64,000 nt of DNA from Candidatus Bathyarchaeota archaeon (GCA_963826715.1 CAWGYA010000002.1:96001-160000); one strand, 5' to 3'; positions 9,197 through 20,366 are shown, numbered from the stretch's first letter. The notes: generated by a model not told the origin, from the letters alone. A program made the numbers and translations.

Positions 9197-10552
9197 TTGG
9201 AGCACTATCCCTTGACATCACAGCGAACAATGCATATTGGATTGGACGACACTGACTCAACCAAGGGTGGATGCACAACTTATCTCACAGCAGTTTTACT
9301 TGAGAAGCTAAAAAGTTTTAATGTAACCTTCACAGATTTTCCGCTGCTGGTGCGGCTAAACCCTAACGTCCCATGGAAAACCCGAGGCAATGGCGCATTA
9401 TGCTTGCGATTCACCTACCCCGCCGCTTTTGAAACTCAAATTAAAGAAACTGCACTTACGCTTTGGAAAAAGCATTCCGCTATAAACGAGAGGGGTACTG
9501 ATCCCGGCATCGTTTTTTTTCATGGCGCAGAAATCCCTGCTGAATTAACAGAATTCTCAAAACGTGCAGAAACAACCATTGTTACTCTTACAGAAGCGAA
9601 GAGTATAATTAAAAAATACAGCGCCCAAGCTTTTGGCTTTAACAGTTGCCGCGGCATCATTGGCGCCTTAGCTGCAGTGGGGGAACCTCTCAATTGCGAC
9701 CACACATATGAGCTAATTACTTATCGTATGCCCCAATACTTAGGTACCAAACGATGTGTTGACGATAAGTCGATTTTTGAGATGGATCAACAGACCCAGC
9801 CATACACCTTCAACAACGTCGACACGGATAAAACGCGTGTCATTATTACGCCACGTGGACCCGACCCTATTCTCTTCGGAATTAGAGGAGAGTCTCCAGA
9901 AATCGTCAAAAAGGCATTTGATATCGTTAAAACTTTGGAACCAGTCGAGCGTTGGTTGATTTTTCGCAGCAACCAAGGTACAGACGCTCACCTACTGCCT
10001 GTATCTCAGCTAAGTCAAATCACTCCGTACCATTCAGTCATTGCCAAAGGTATGGTCTCAAAACCTCCGCGATTGGTTCCAGTTCGCCATGTTATATTCT
10101 CCATTAAGGACTCTTCGGGTGAAGTGGATTGTGCTGCTTACGAACCAACTGGAGAACTGCGTAAGGTTGCAAAAGAACTTGAGGTCGGCGATATGATAGA
10201 AGTTATTGGAGCAGTACACAATTCCACTTTAACCACCCCCTTAACGATTAACCTTGAAAAAATCCGCATTATTACTCTTATACAGAAAACTCAAAGCCAA
10301 AATCCGCCCTGCCCTAAATGCGGGAAAAGGCTGAAATCAATGGGAAAAAACCAGGGCTTGCGCTGCGAACGCTGTAGTGAAAAATATCATACTCTAAAAA
10401 AAATGGAGATCTCAGTTTCGCGTTCACTTAAACCTGGTTTGTATCTTACTTCAACTCGCTCTCAACGACACTTAACAAAACCTCTTAGGCGTTATGGACA
10501 TGAAAAAATTTGTGCTGATTTTCACCTAATCCCGCAGTGGCATGTGCCTTGA
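9197..10552 (+). CDS. tiaS: tRNA(Ile2) 2-agmatinylcytidine synthetase
   Basis: IGLDDTDS..GGCTTY, LVRLNPNVPWKTRGNGA, SNQGTDAH, CAAYEPTG, C-terminal CPKC...CERC zinc ribbon, RHLTKP. Confidence 0.96.
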   Translation: MEHYPLTSQRTMHIGLDDTDSTKGGCTTYLTAVLLEKLKSFNVTFTDFPLLVRLNPNVPWKTRGNGALCLRFTYPAAFETQIKETALTLWKKHSAINERGTDPGIVFFHGAEIPAELTEFSKRAETTIVTLTEAKSIIKKYSAQAFGFNSCRGIIGALAAVGEPLNCDHTYELITYRMPQYLGTKRCVDDKSIFEMDQQTQPYTFNNVDTDKTRVIITPRGPDPILFGIRGESPEIVKKAFDIVKTLEPVERWLIFRSNQGTDAHLLPVSQLSQITPYHSVIAKGMVSKPPRLVPVRHVIFSIKDSSGEVDCAAYEPTGELRKVAKELEVGDMIEVIGAVHNSTLTTPLTINLEKIRIITLIQKTQSQNPPCPKCGKRLKSMGKNQGLRCERCSEKYHTLKKMEISVSRSLKPGLYLTSTRSQRHLTKPLRRYGHEKICADFHLIPQWHVP

Positions 10553-10781
10553 GTTGAGTTTCGCATCTTAAATGTTCTACCAAATTTACAGATTCGAAGG
10601 AGCATTGAACTTTAACCAATAACAAAAATTTTTATAGAAAACGATTGTTAAACGAAAACAAACTGGAAAAAATACTATGCAAACCGTAATTTATTGTCAG
10701 TGCAAAGGCGCCCCAACTTCTACTTTAATATCCTTAAAGTGGCTTAACCTCGAACCCCAAAAATATTAATCGGACATCAAT

Positions 10782-11060
10782 TTACTCATCGAGACTTTTT
10801 TGCTGTACCTCATAAAATTTTGCACTACACTCTTCAGAACAACATTGCACTTTGCGCCTTTTTGTGGTATGTTTTTCTGGTGCAATTAAGGAATCGGTAA
10901 CATTAGTTTTCAAACCTCTCAGTGATTTCTTGCAAGTGGGGCAAATTAGATTTCCATCTTTATCGAATTGGGCTCTTTCTACAATGTTTTTAGCGGGAAT
11001 TTCCTTTACTGCAGTTGCCTTAACAACTATTTTACTCTTAATTTTTCCTATTTTCGGCAT
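10782..11060 (-). CDS. Small basic zinc-ribbon hypothetical protein
   Basis: CPTC...CCSEEC; probable start at MPKIGK (11060). Confidence 0.55.
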   Translation of the reverse strand: MPKIGKIKSKIVVKATAVKEIPAKNIVERAQFDKDGNLICPTCKKSLRGLKTNVTDSLIAPEKHTTKRRKVQCCSEECSAKFYEVQQKSLDE

Positions 11061-11220
11061 ATGAATTACACAATGACCTATGTTAAACGCAATATAAGTG
11101 TATAACAACAGCTGCGATTAATCCCAGGGGGAATCCTTCATAAAAACGCTACTACTTATATTGAACATATCAAAAACAGCTCAAAGAAAGACTTCTGTTT
11201 AGTAACCCGATCCAACTATA

Positions 11221-11466
11221 TTAAGAACTATTTTTGGAACGTTCCCTAAAAGCAGATGGAATTATTTCTCTCTCAAGTAACGCGTATGCGCTAATGCCCC
11301 TTCTTTCAGAATTCGTCTGAGGTAATGCAACAATATTAGAGAACTTTATTACCCATCCTTCTTGAGCTAATTCGTTTATTTCCTTTTGAAACTTTGATTT
11401 AACTGATGTTCCAAAAGCAAATTCCCCTGAGTTATCTTCCCAATAAACTACTTTATATTCATTCAT
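11221..11466 (-). CDS. DUF4177-like small protein
   Basis: MNEYKVV...INELAQEGW...ALLER pattern. Confidence 0.7.
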   Translation of the reverse strand: MNEYKVVYWEDNSGEFAFGTSVKSKFQKEINELAQEGWVIKFSNIVALPQTNSERRGISAYALLEREIIPSAFRERSKNSS

Positions 11467-11775
11467 ATTAGAAGCCACAACCGGTCTGTGTTTAATACAA
11501 TATAATACTTTGGTACTAATGAAGGTAAACCTGGCTATCAAATTAGTTTTTTTATAGAATTAGAATTATATTCATTCTCTCAGAGAACACATTGAATTAT
11601 GAAAAAAATATAACAACACAGAAATGCATGCCTGATACACTATTATTGAAGGAAAATTTGTGAAACAAAATAGTAGATATTTTGATTCGCCTAATTGTAG
11701 AGGCTGTATGTATAAAGGAAGTAGTTATTGTTGGGGACAATGCTCACTAAATATCTGGAAAAAAGATAGAGAGTA

Positions 11776-12120
11776 TTGATTATTTTGGAATTAAATACAG
11801 AATTATTAAAGTGCTACACCCTTGTAGTAAAAGTCGTAAATTTTAAAGAAAACATGCCAATCGAAAACGTCAATGTAAAAATATTCAGGTTAGAAAATTC
11901 AATAACACTTGAGCAATGGGCTGAAAATCTCAAAAATGGGACGCCATTTAAAGAATTAGTCCTTTCGATGAATACTGATAAAAAGGGTACCGTAACTGGC
12001 AAGCTTTCTGAGGGCACCTATCAAGCAAAAGTAGAAAGATACCAATTCTCTAAAGATTTAATTTTAACTAAAAATGTTGAAGTCCTCGTTATTGAACCCA
12101 AAAAGCTTTGGTGGAAGTAA
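11776..12120 (+). CDS. Hypothetical protein, carboxypeptidase-regulatory/prealbumin-like beta domain
   Basis: PIENVNVKI...TDKKG...L..GTY pattern. Confidence 0.6.
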   Translation: MIILELNTELLKCYTLVVKVVNFKENMPIENVNVKIFRLENSITLEQWAENLKNGTPFKELVLSMNTDKKGTVTGKLSEGTYQAKVERYQFSKDLILTKNVEVLVIEPKKLWWK

Positions 12121-12467
12121 TTCAATACAAGCCTATAATTCTTTTCGAAAAAATTTTTCGTTGAATCGATATTTACTAAAGTAAAAATCGGTTTAACATA
12201 AAATAAAAGTCGAGGGCAAACATCGCTCGTTTTTGGATAACATATAATTAACTGCCTTTAGACTTGAAAATCCTGTCTGGTCCGTATTTCTTCTGAGACT
12301 TAAAACTCAAAATTTGTATGTCACCGCTAAGCAATAGTGAAACATCTAAAAGAAATTAATGCGCTAGTTTGAGGGGGCTAATCAACCCTTATTTCATGCT
12401 TAGCTTTAAATCCGTGAATCCCATAAACCCTTTTTTAACAAATCAAATTTCAGCAAGATGACCTGTC

Positions 12468-15272
12468 ATGGTTGAAAAAACGTTCTCTAAAGAAGCCTAT
12501 CAGCTTCCATTCTTCAAAGAAGAAGGCTTTGTACGCAAGCATTGTCCAAGATGCGGCGAATGGTTTTGGACGCAAAATCAGAAGCAGGAAACCTGCGGTG
12601 AATCTGGAAGCGACGAATGCGGTTGCTACAGTTTCTTAGGTAACCCTGCCACCAAAAAGAAGTTCACTCTCTCCGAAATGCGCGAAGCATTCCTCAAGTT
12701 CTTTGAAGAAAACGGGCACACACGCATTAAGCCCTATCCTGTGGTGGCAAGGTGGCGCAAAGACATTTACCTCACACACGCTAGCATCATCGATTTCCAA
12801 CCATACGTAACCGAAGGCATCTCGCCACCTCCAGCAAATCCATTGGTGATTTCTCAACCATCAATCAGATTAACAGACATCTCTAATACTGGACCGACCT
12901 TTGGGAGGCATTTAACCATCTTTGAAATGGGCGGCGCTCACGCATTCAATTATCCTGATAAAGAGGTTTACTGGAAGGACGATACTGTACGTTTTCACCA
13001 GCGTTTCTGCACTGAAACCTTAGGCATCCCATCGGATGAGATCATCTATAAGGAGGGAGTTTGGGTAGGAGGCGGCAACGCGGGCCCCGATGTGGAATGT
13101 ATTGTCCGCGGACTTGAGGTGGGTACATTAGTTTTTATGCAATACAAGGTAGTAGGCAACGACTTCATCGAATTACCGATCCGCACAGTTGATACCGGCT
13201 ATGGAATTGACCGCTTCACATGGATAAGTCAAGGTGTTCCGAGCCTGTTTCAGGCAATTTATGGCAACCTACTCGACAAAGTCATGTCAATGGCAGGTAT
13301 AACAAACATAGATAATGACTTTCTGACAAGAGTAGCCAAATATTCGGGTCTTGTAAGCGTAGATAAACGTGCCAACCGCATGGTTGCTCGAAATCGCGTA
13401 AGTGAACTAACAGGCATTGATCTAGCGACACTTGAGCGGGAACTGGTTCCCATAGAGAATGCGTGGGCAGTCACTGACCACACCAAAACTCTGAGCTTCC
13501 TACTCTCTGAAGGCGTAGTACCATCCAACATACAAGAAGGCTATCTCGCCAGGTTGCTTTACCGACGCGTCTTCCGTCTCATGCGCACACTAAACATTCA
13601 ACCCGACCAACTATACAGTATCATAGAAATGCAGGCGGATTTCTGGAAAGAAGATTTTCCCCGTGTGAAAGAGATGAAAGGCGAAATCATCGAAATGCTC
13701 AAGGTCGAAGAGGAAAAATTCAAAGATACTCTTCAGCGAGGCGAAGGATTGGTGAAACGAATCGCCGCCACCCTCAAAAGCAAAGGAACAACCAAACTTT
13801 CAGAAGAGACACTAGCCGAATTGTACGATTCCCAAGGATTACCACCTGAAATCGTGAAGCAAGCCGCTGAAAATGAGGGTATAACAGTTGAGGTGCCTGA
13901 GAATTTCTACACACTAGTCGCAAACCGCCATATGGCAGCTTCCAAACCAGTTGAGGAAGAAGAATCCCAAGCTGATGAGGCCCTTGAAAAAGCGGTTGAG
14001 CATCTTCCAGCAACCGAACCGCTTTACTACGCAGACGTTTACAAGCGAGAGTTCAATGCTAAGGTTCTAAAAATCATAGACGGAGGCAAAGTTGTTTTGG
14101 ATAGTTCATGTTTCTATCCGGAAGGCGGTGGACAACCCTGCGATCACGGCTGGATAATTAGCGGCGATGACAAATTCTACGTAACTGATGTGCTGAAAAT
14201 CGGCAAAGTAATCGTGCACAAACTCAAAGAACCAGCCTCATTCATTGAAGGCAACATAGTTCACGGCAGTCTGGATTGGGAACGTCGCTACCAACTTATG
14301 AAATCCCACACTGTCACCCACCTCATCAATGGAGCTGCAAGACGTGTCCTGGGTGAACATGTCTGGCAGTCAGGCACACAGAAGGGCATTGAAACCTCAC
14401 GCCTTGACATCTCGCACTATCGACGCTTAAGTCAAGACGAAATCCACAAAATCGAAACACTAGCTAACCAAGCCATCGGCACCAACATGAAAGTTGAAAC
14501 CTCATGGCTACCCCGCAATGAGGCGGAGGCACGGTATGGATTCCGTCTTTATCAGGGTGGCGCAGTACCGGGAAAAGACATCCGAGTCGTAAAAACAGGC
14601 GACTGGGACGTTGAAGCATGCGCGGGCACACATTTGGGCACAACCGGTGAAGTTGGATTTGTTAAAATCGTCTATACCGAGAGGGTGCAAGATGGCGTGG
14701 AGCGACTCGGCTATGCAGTAGGGCTTAAAGCGCTCAGAGCAGTTCAGGATCAAGAAAGTCTACTTGCGCGGGTTTCAGAAGTTCTAAACTCACCGATAAA
14801 TAAGCTTGATAAAACTGCTGAAAAAGTTGTCAGGGAACTCAAAGAAACTCAGGTGGAGAAACGCAGGTTAATCAAAGAAATTGCTGAAAAAGAAAGCGCT
14901 GCATTGTCTCAAACTTCTCAGTCTTCAGAAGAAGTTAATGGGATAACAATTTTGAGTCGAGATTTTGGTGAAGTTATCGATGTAAACCGCATGCTTCAGA
15001 CTGCGTCGGAAGTCATCAAACGCAACCCTGCAGCTGTCACTGTGTATTTTGGCTGCGACAGCAAAACCTGCCGCATCTTAATGATGGCAGGTGAGGAGGC
15101 AGTTCAAAAGGGTGTCAATTGCGGCGCCACAATTAAGGAGGTCTCTCCCTTAATAGGCGGTGGTGGCGGTGGACGTCTTAATTTCGCTCAAGGTGGTGGA
15201 ACCGTGTGCCACAAACTATCAGGTGCGGTGCAATCAGCGCAAGAGTCAGTAAAAAGGCAACTCCAAAACTAA
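12468..15272 (+). CDS. alaS: Alanine--tRNA ligase (archaeal type)
   Basis: N-terminal Cys-rich ribbon, HTRIKPYPVVARWR, DTGYGIDR, editing domain HTVTH...ACAGTH, C-terminal GGGGGG..FAQGG. Confidence 0.98.
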   Translation: MVEKTFSKEAYQLPFFKEEGFVRKHCPRCGEWFWTQNQKQETCGESGSDECGCYSFLGNPATKKKFTLSEMREAFLKFFEENGHTRIKPYPVVARWRKDIYLTHASIIDFQPYVTEGISPPPANPLVISQPSIRLTDISNTGPTFGRHLTIFEMGGAHAFNYPDKEVYWKDDTVRFHQRFCTETLGIPSDEIIYKEGVWVGGGNAGPDVECIVRGLEVGTLVFMQYKVVGNDFIELPIRTVDTGYGIDRFTWISQGVPSLFQAIYGNLLDKVMSMAGITNIDNDFLTRVAKYSGLVSVDKRANRMVARNRVSELTGIDLATLERELVPIENAWAVTDHTKTLSFLLSEGVVPSNIQEGYLARLLYRRVFRLMRTLNIQPDQLYSIIEMQADFWKEDFPRVKEMKGEIIEMLKVEEEKFKDTLQRGEGLVKRIAATLKSKGTTKLSEETLAELYDSQGLPPEIVKQAAENEGITVEVPENFYTLVANRHMAASKPVEEEESQADEALEKAVEHLPATEPLYYADVYKREFNAKVLKIIDGGKVVLDSSCFYPEGGGQPCDHGWIISGDDKFYVTDVLKIGKVIVHKLKEPASFIEGNIVHGSLDWERRYQLMKSHTVTHLINGAARRVLGEHVWQSGTQKGIETSRLDISHYRRLSQDEIHKIETLANQAIGTNMKVETSWLPRNEAEARYGFRLYQGGAVPGKDIRVVKTGDWDVEACAGTHLGTTGEVGFVKIVYTERVQDGVERLGYAVGLKALRAVQDQESLLARVSEVLNSPINKLDKTAEKVVRELKETQVEKRRLIKEIAEKESAALSQTSQSSEEVNGITILSRDFGEVIDVNRMLQTASEVIKRNPAAVTVYFGCDSKTCRILMMAGEEAVQKGVNCGATIKEVSPLIGGGGGGRLNFAQGGGTVCHKLSGAVQSAQESVKRQLQN

Positions 15273-15344
15273 CCCTTTTTCTTTTAAGTTAAGGATTCTT
15301 TTTATATGGTTCCACAATAAGATCTATGAAGGGGTGAGTTCTGA

Positions 15345-15680
15345 ATGGATGCATTCAAAACAATTGTTGTTATAAGCATATTAATTGCAGTAATAGCCGT
15401 TGGCTTTATAGCAATTGTTGCAAACGATGCTATCAAGGGAGCAAAAATTCCCGATGGTGAATACGGTATTATCGCTGACAAAGGGCAAACAGTAGAAAAC
15501 ATCCCAGTTAATTATTATGTAGCTCTCACTAACGGAAAAAGACTTTACATTCCTATGAACACTACATTGTACAATAGTCTACAAATTAACAAAAGCTACC
15601 TCTTCAATTGTCGCATAGACTATACAAACCAGAGGATTTTAATCGATAGTGCATACCAGCAGAACAGAACTGCCCCATAA
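15345..15680 (+). CDS. Membrane-anchored hypothetical protein
   Basis: N-terminal TM followed by a beta-rich domain; GGTGAG RBS. Confidence 0.65.
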   Translation: MDAFKTIVVISILIAVIAVGFIAIVANDAIKGAKIPDGEYGIIADKGQTVENIPVNYYVALTNGKRLYIPMNTTLYNSLQINKSYLFNCRIDYTNQRILIDSAYQQNRTAP

Positions 15681-16536
15681 AAAAATTTTAAAATAGAAAA
15701 AGGTGTTTGTTTAGTTTAATTTGTAGTTCAGGCAATAAATTCAAAAGAAATTAGAGAAGAGATAAACTTTAAGTTTTTAACAAACAAAACTGTAGTATCC
15801 ATATTTAATTCGGCTGAAATTTAAGACATTCTGGATAATACTTATCTTACGGGAAACACCAGATTTTTATAAAAAAAGATAAAAATTATCATAAAATTAA
15901 TCATAAGAACAATATTTTATTAAAAATAATAAATTTAAAATCTAAAAAGAAGGAAATTTAATAATTAACTAATTATTAATATGAAATGAGAGATTTTTCA
16001 AAGTGAAAAAAATCAATAGTAGATGTGGGCGAAGATTTTGAAGTAATTAATTATGAATTGTGTCCCCCGCGTGTATTAGGTAGGCAGATTTTTAGTTGTT
16101 AAAAAATTGTTGATTAAGACGTAATAACTTGGATAATTTTTGACAAGCTAGTATTTGGCTTAAATTCCCAAGGAAGTGCGTTGAATAATGGGAAGTGGAA
16201 GGCAATATGAATAAGGATCAAAGATAGTTTGATTGTGAAGGAGGGCGATTAAAATAAAAAGTAAAACAAAAAATAAGCCGAAAAATGAAAAACAAACAAA
16301 CCAAACAAAAAACAAAGGAAAAAAAGAATGGAAGCAGAGGTAAGAAGGCAACTAATGACATAGCACGCCAAATTTGGCGTCTTTTGATTCCAATCATATC
16401 CGTCAAGATGGTTTCTAAGCAAGAACTGTTCTCCATTATTTCGTTCTATATGTAATAAGTACTTCAATTAACAACGAAAGGTTAAATCCCAACTCAGCCA
16501 TAAAGTAGCATAAGAAAGTTAACAGGATATGAAATT

Positions 16537-16851
16537 ATGGATTTACCCGCCGAACTTAAGAACCTTCAGGGAAAGCGTTTGACAACACTCTACCAAAACA
16601 AGCCCTTTGAAATCACACAAATTTCAAGTAATCAAATAATTCTTAAAACCTCAACAAAGACTCAACATCCTATACCACTCCAAGAAATAGAAAGGGCATG
16701 GAAGTATTTACAAAAATATAAAAAACTTTCAAGGTCTCAAGTTGGGAATTTAGGTTTTTCCGAAACTAACCCAGCCTATGTTGTTGCTATCCTTGCAAAT
16801 TTACCTGGTGTAAAGTACAGCCTAAGTCCAATTATTCTAAAACTCAATTGA
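16537..16851 (+). CDS. Hypothetical protein
   Basis: 104-aa ORF with protein-like composition inside an AT-rich region. Confidence 0.6.
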   Translation: MDLPAELKNLQGKRLTTLYQNKPFEITQISSNQIILKTSTKTQHPIPLQEIERAWKYLQKYKKLSRSQVGNLGFSETNPAYVVAILANLPGVKYSLSPIILKLN

Positions 16852-16962
16852 TAACGTCAAAGGCATCCTACTTTTAAGACATTTAGTCTAAAATTTTCTT
16901 GAAATTTGTTTCAGGCAACTACCACAACTAGCCACGCACATATAAGTAGATGGTGTTAAAAC

Positions 16963-17265
16963 ATGACTGACACAAAAATAATATCCGACTCGTCGCAGTT
17001 ACAGCGCTTACCATAGCCACAATAGAAATGACAATAGCCCAAATAGATCAAAACCAAACTGTCCCGGAGCAGACCACAACGCTGTTCCTGCTGAGGATTT
17101 TGGGTCTGGATAATCTACTGCTTTAGATATGTAGCAAACCAAGCCTACGCAGACCAGTATGGTGCGCTTAAAGCACCAACAGACAGCTCTAGCTCACGAG
17201 AACCCTATAAAAGCGGCTACGGCTACGCGTATGGGTACGGCTATGGACCCTGTTGGGCAAGATAA
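16963..17265 (+). pseudogene. Decayed gene for a small secreted Gly/Tyr-rich protein
   Basis: Fragments in different frames join into MTDTKII / LVAVTALTIATIEMTIAQIDQNQTVP / GFWVWIIYCFRY...SGYGYAYGYGYGPCWAR*. Confidence 0.6.
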
Positions 17266-17285
17266 ACAACCAACTTTTTTTGATT

Positions 17286-17600
17286 TTAGCAACTAACTAA
17301 TAGCGGAATTACAGCTCTAAGCTCAACAAAATACTCCTTAAGAACCATTTTACCCTGTCGAGTGATTCTATATTGTTTGCAAGCCCTCTTCAAACCCACC
17401 TCCCATCTAGACTCAATAAGACCCCTCTTTTCCAAACAATTAAGCTCAGGATATAGTGAAGATGACCCAAGCCGTACCCCATACTTTCGATGAATCATTT
17501 TTAAAAGCCCATAACCATGCAATCCCCTATCAGAAGCTTCGTTTATGAAATTAAGCAAAATACTTTCAAGAACTGCTCCATGAAAAATGTTTTTATTCAA
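17286..17600 (-). CDS. PadR-family transcriptional regulator
   Basis: LHGYGLL...SSLYPELNCLEKRGLIESRW...KQYRITRQG. Confidence 0.9.
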   Translation of the reverse strand: MNKNIFHGAVLESILLNFINEASDRGLHGYGLLKMIHRKYGVRLGSSSLYPELNCLEKRGLIESRWEVGLKRACKQYRITRQGKMVLKEYFVELRAVIPLLVSC

Positions 17601-18382
17601 TTTTTTTCAACCTCAAAGCTTTCTCCTTCTTCAATATACAAGAAGGAAGATATACGATATAAGAAAATGCTGTAGGCTCAACCCTACTACAAGCTAAACA
17701 CTTTTTTGGCGACCTATCGATTTTGAGTGCAAAAATTCAACCGCATTGTCAAAAACTGCATTTATTACGAGTCAATATTATATGATTGATTTGCCACAAT
17801 ATTCACCAACCAAGACAAAAACAGGGAAATCGAAAATTAATTTCTTCCTTGGAGATCTTATTTTGGTTAACGACGTAGGTATTATTGTAAACACCCCTTT
17901 TTTCCCACAACCCAAACAAGCAATTTTGAAAAAGTTGGCTTTGAAATAAATCACTATAAGTGCAAAAAAGGCTTGAATAAATAACGTGGGAAGTTATTCT
18001 AAGGTTAAAGAAAGTCTAATGTTTAATGACTTGAAAATTTATAGTAAAAAAAAAGGAGAATGTGAAAAAAATTCAAAAGAAAAAAGTATTTTCAAACTTT
18101 GAATACCTCTATGGAAGATATTTTACAATTTTTGAGATTTTAGAACGGTGGAATCTATAGAGGCTTGATAAAGATTTTAAAAACGTATTTTGTGTTTTTG
18201 TGTTGAACAGTTTAGTTTGGGCATATTCTTTGAGTCATAATATGGTTTTTTGCATACTATTCCATGAGTTTTTGTGTATCTATGTTCTACAAATGAAGTT
18301 TTGGTATGCATAGGGTATGTAAAAGCCTTTAACTAGTAAAATAGCAATAAATAAGACATAAGACTTAACAGGAGAAATTGAT

Positions 18383-18748
18383 ATGAACACCAAAAACCAA
18401 AAAGAAGCCCAAACAAAACTTGCAAAAGGCTTACTAGATATGATAATCCTACAACACCTAGAAAAACAAGGCATGCACGGTTACCAACTAATCACAAATA
18501 TACGCAAAGGTTTCGGCGTCTACTTCGGCCCCAGTACAATTTACCCGCTGCTTAGTTTGTTAGAAAAAAAAGGCCATATCCAAAGCGCATGGAACATGAC
18601 CTCTGAGAGACCCCGCAAAGTCTATACCCTAACAGAACAGGGAAAAAACCTCCTGAAATTTACAGAAAACTCCTTGCTCATGATCTGTCAAAAAATAAGC
18701 CCAGAACTAACTGTAAAAGCCCAAATGCCAGAACTAATTGTGGCATAA
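18383..18748 (+). CDS. PadR-family transcriptional regulator
   Basis: MHGYQLI...GPSTIYPLLSLLEKKG...RPRKVYTLTEQG. Confidence 0.93.
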   Translation: MNTKNQKEAQTKLAKGLLDMIILQHLEKQGMHGYQLITNIRKGFGVYFGPSTIYPLLSLLEKKGHIQSAWNMTSERPRKVYTLTEQGKNLLKFTENSLLMICQKISPELTVKAQMPELIVA

Positions 18749-18846
18749 TAACTATTTGTGTTTGAGGATAATTTCCTCATTTTACCTTTTTTAGAGGCAA
18801 GAGAAATAAAACTTTGAAAGAGTATGTTTTTAAAGATTAATTTAAG

Positions 18847-18972
18847 TCATCTGGACTTTTGTCTTTCAAGCCTTGCAGACTTTTTCTCTTTACGTTTTGT
18901 ATCTCTATCCTTTTTCTTCTGAGGCTGAGGTTTTGATCGATCCTGCTCGCCTGTTTCTCCTTTCTTACTCAT
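18847..18972 (-). CDS. 41-aa highly basic microprotein
   Basis: MSKKGETGEQDRSKPQPQKKKDRDTKRKEKKSARLERQKSR*; AAGGAG RBS upstream; below the ORF-track length cutoff. Confidence 0.5.
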   Translation of the reverse strand: MSKKGETGEQDRSKPQPQKKKDRDTKRKEKKSARLERQKSR

Positions 18973-19096
18973 GCGACAATCTCCTTCAATACAAGTAACA
19001 CTACTCTTCTTTGTAAAACTGTTGGTTGCTATTAGCCAACTAAATTTATAAAAAAAATTGTTTTTGGAATTAGTTTGGGTTGATGAAAAACAAGAG

Positions 19097-20068
19097 TTAA
19101 AAATGGGCTCTTTCCGGCACTTGAAGGCGAAGTTGCTTTGTTAGCATTTTGTATCTGTTTCTAACTGTAACTTCTGTGACTCCAGCAGCTTCCGCAATGT
19201 CTTTCTGAGTAATCTTTTCATTATTCTGAAGACAAGCAATATAAAGAGACGCAGCCGCCATACCCATTGGATCCTTGCCAGCTGAAAATCGTTTTTGTTT
19301 AGCATCTCGCAGTATTGCGATTGCGACTCCTTGTGTTTTACCTGATATTTCATTTTTTTCAGCAATTTTTGAAACATATGTCAATGGATCAGATATAGGC
19401 ATGTGAAAATCAAGTTTTTGCAGCAGTAACCGGTAGCATCGTGCAACATCGTTCTTGTTAACTAGACTTGCTTGTGAAATTTCGCGAAGAGTTCGAGGGG
19501 ATCCGCTTTTGCGGCACGCAGCATACAAGGAGGCTGCAACAATGGCGGAGATGGATCTTCCTCGAACTAATCTCTTTTCCAATGCTTTGCGATAAATTAA
19601 AGCGGCTTTTTCTTTCATTGACGGTGAGATAGATACTTTGCCGGATAACCTGTCAAGTTCGCCCATTGCTTGTGCAAGATTTCGGTCGGTGGATGAGTGA
19701 ACCTGGCTGCGTATTTGCCATTTCCTAAGACGCCACATCTGAAGGCGTGTAGATATTGGAAGTTTTCTTCCTAATGCATCTCTATCAATTTGGCTGATGG
19801 TTGTGGATAATCCTTTATCATGAACCGAATAAGAAGTAGGCATACCAACACGACTACGAGAAGCCTTCTCCTGCGGAGTAAACGCACGCCACTCCGGAGC
19901 CTTATCCAACATCTGCTCATACAAAACAAGACCACAATCACCACAAATAGTTTCACCAGTATCATAATCATGAACAAGATTGTCACTTGAACATTCAGGG
20001 CACTTATCTTTTAATCGTTGATTTGTTTTAGTGAATTCTTTAGTAATTTCAATTTGGGTTATACTCAT
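19097..20068 (-). CDS. tfb: Transcription initiation factor IIB (TFB)
   Basis: CPEC...ICGDCG zinc ribbon, PEWRAF B-reader, two cyclin repeats, TQKDIAEAAGVTEVTVRNRYK. Confidence 0.97.
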   Translation of the reverse strand: MSITQIEITKEFTKTNQRLKDKCPECSSDNLVHDYDTGETICGDCGLVLYEQMLDKAPEWRAFTPQEKASRSRVGMPTSYSVHDKGLSTTISQIDRDALGRKLPISTRLQMWRLRKWQIRSQVHSSTDRNLAQAMGELDRLSGKVSISPSMKEKAALIYRKALEKRLVRGRSISAIVAASLYAACRKSGSPRTLREISQASLVNKNDVARCYRLLLQKLDFHMPISDPLTYVSKIAEKNEISGKTQGVAIAILRDAKQKRFSAGKDPMGMAAASLYIACLQNNEKITQKDIAEAAGVTEVTVRNRYKMLTKQLRLQVPERAHF

Positions 20069-20366
20069 TTTTTCAACTCAATTCATTTGCACATAATCAT
20101 CCCTTTCAGGACATAAAAAATTATGATGCGACCTGCACAACCTATCTAAAAAGAGAGGTGTACCTATTATAGATGATTTATTTTTTTAATTATTTTATGA
20201 AGTAAAATATAGAATCAATGCGCTATAAAGATAAACTTCCAAAAATCAAATAACTTTTCCTAAAACCATGAAAAAAATCAAAGGCCTTGTTAATTTGTGT
20301 AATCAATATTTTCCTTAAAAGAAATCTAAGAGATAAAAAAAGGAAAAAAAGTGTTGTAGCCTATGG

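Noticed and set aside
16160-16467. Three overlapping Phe-rich minus-strand ORFs
   Set aside because: They are artefacts of an A-rich low-complexity tract.
15700-16500. Long AT-rich stretch as a possible replication origin
   Set aside because: No ORB-like repeats were recognised and no cdc6/orc1 gene is adjacent.
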